A stretch of 45,638 nucleotides of DNA from the NCBI GenBank assembly GCA_012862495.1, contig BLSG01000001.1, positions 213,909 through 259,546 on the forward strand. Direction: 5' to 3'. The notes under the pieces were generated by a model, which was not told where the DNA came from, made no database searches, and saw only the letters and a list, made by a program, of their open reading frames with translations. Shown piece by piece: positions 44,901 through 45,638 of the stretch. The position numbers and the translations under genes are program-made. The DNA comes from Thraustochytrium aureum. Its lineage: Eukaryota. Positions within the stretch are counted from its first letter, which is position 1, and every line of letters starts with the position of its first letter.

Positions 44901-45638
44901 CGTCACATAGGGGTCAGAGAGCCCGTTCGCGTCTGCGCCAATCAGGTCGCGCGCCGCGATCACGTGCACGGCGAGGTAAGAGTAGTTGTACGGGGCAAAG
45001 TCCTTGAGCTCAGGCGGGTGGAGCTCGCCCACCTGCGCAAACTCGCGATGCAGCCGGGCAGGCCGGGCCTCGAAGAGAGAGAGCGGGTGCTTGAGCAGCG
45101 AGAGCCAGCGAGCGTCTCCTCAGCCTCGACGTCGACTGTGCCATAAATCTGTCCCACCCCGCGGACCACGACCTGGTTGTTCGCCGCGTTGTCGGCGCCA
45201 GCACCGCAACAGGAGCAGGCCACGCGTGCAGCCCCCATCGAGCCCGCAGCGACGTGCAGGACGAGCTTGGAGCTCAAGAACCCGTTCTCCACGACGCTTG
45301 AGAGCGGAATTCGCGCCGTGCCCATCAGGTCGTTGCGGAACGGGTACACCGTGTCGTCGTAAAGGCGGACGAAGAGCATTCCCTCCTCGAGCTCGAGCCG
45401 CGTGCCCTTGAACGAGATGCCCGGGACCTGGCCGATGTCGGTCTTGACCAGCTCGTCTTTTTTCAGGCGCAGCAGCTTGGACTTGCTGCTAGCCTGAAGA
45501 CGCGGGTGCCAGGGCGAATGCAGGCCGAACCGCACGAACGGGTACAGGAGCTCCTCCTCGTTCTCGTCAGGCTCGCGCTTCGAGTACCACGGGTTGAACA
45601 TGGCGGTCCAGTTCTGGAACTTTATCGAGTACGAGAGC
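41969..45638 (-). CDS. Multi-C2 domain protein with CEP76/CC2D2A-like transglutaminase-fold region (5' end outside window; gap and several frameshifts)
   Basis: C2: LAVHVIAARDLIGADANGLSDPYV...LWDAD..GSSDLLG. W..PDFF...KKGD..AHVLLLANLFLG...AYVCVG...HVWLMT, FVFNHRNLWVNVQ, FAVGVKVIPYPNSICVVYV. Stop position inferred after restoring one G at ~42032. Confidence 0.8.

Overview
GC-rich, gene-dense, intron-poor eukaryotic DNA from a draft assembly with many N-gaps. Two GT-AG introns with CTAA(C/T) branch points are visible. Gene content and style fit a protist, possibly a stramenopile such as a thraustochytrid; that taxon call is inference only. About 17 genes are recognisable: PPIL4-type cyclophilin-RRM, TTLL glutamylase, RING protein, SPIRAL1-like MAP, family II pyrophosphatase, 4CL-like ligase, peptidyl-tRNA hydrolase, peroxisomal long-chain acyl-CoA synthetase, a large bacterial-like deacetylase-fold surface protein, serine beta-lactamase-like hydrolase, divergent eEF2 paralog, sulfotransferase, class IV aminotransferase-like, DCAF12-like WD40, cyclophilin B, NTAN1-like, and a C2/CEP76-like protein. 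Many are split by single-base indels at short homopolymers, most likely sequencing errors. The most notable item is a full-length, divergent eEF2 paralog with an RRM-like domain inserted inside its GTPase domain and an altered diphthamide loop. Also notable are an NTAN1 homologue lacking its catalytic Cys/His and two bacterial-type genes. All family calls come from motif recognition, not database searches.
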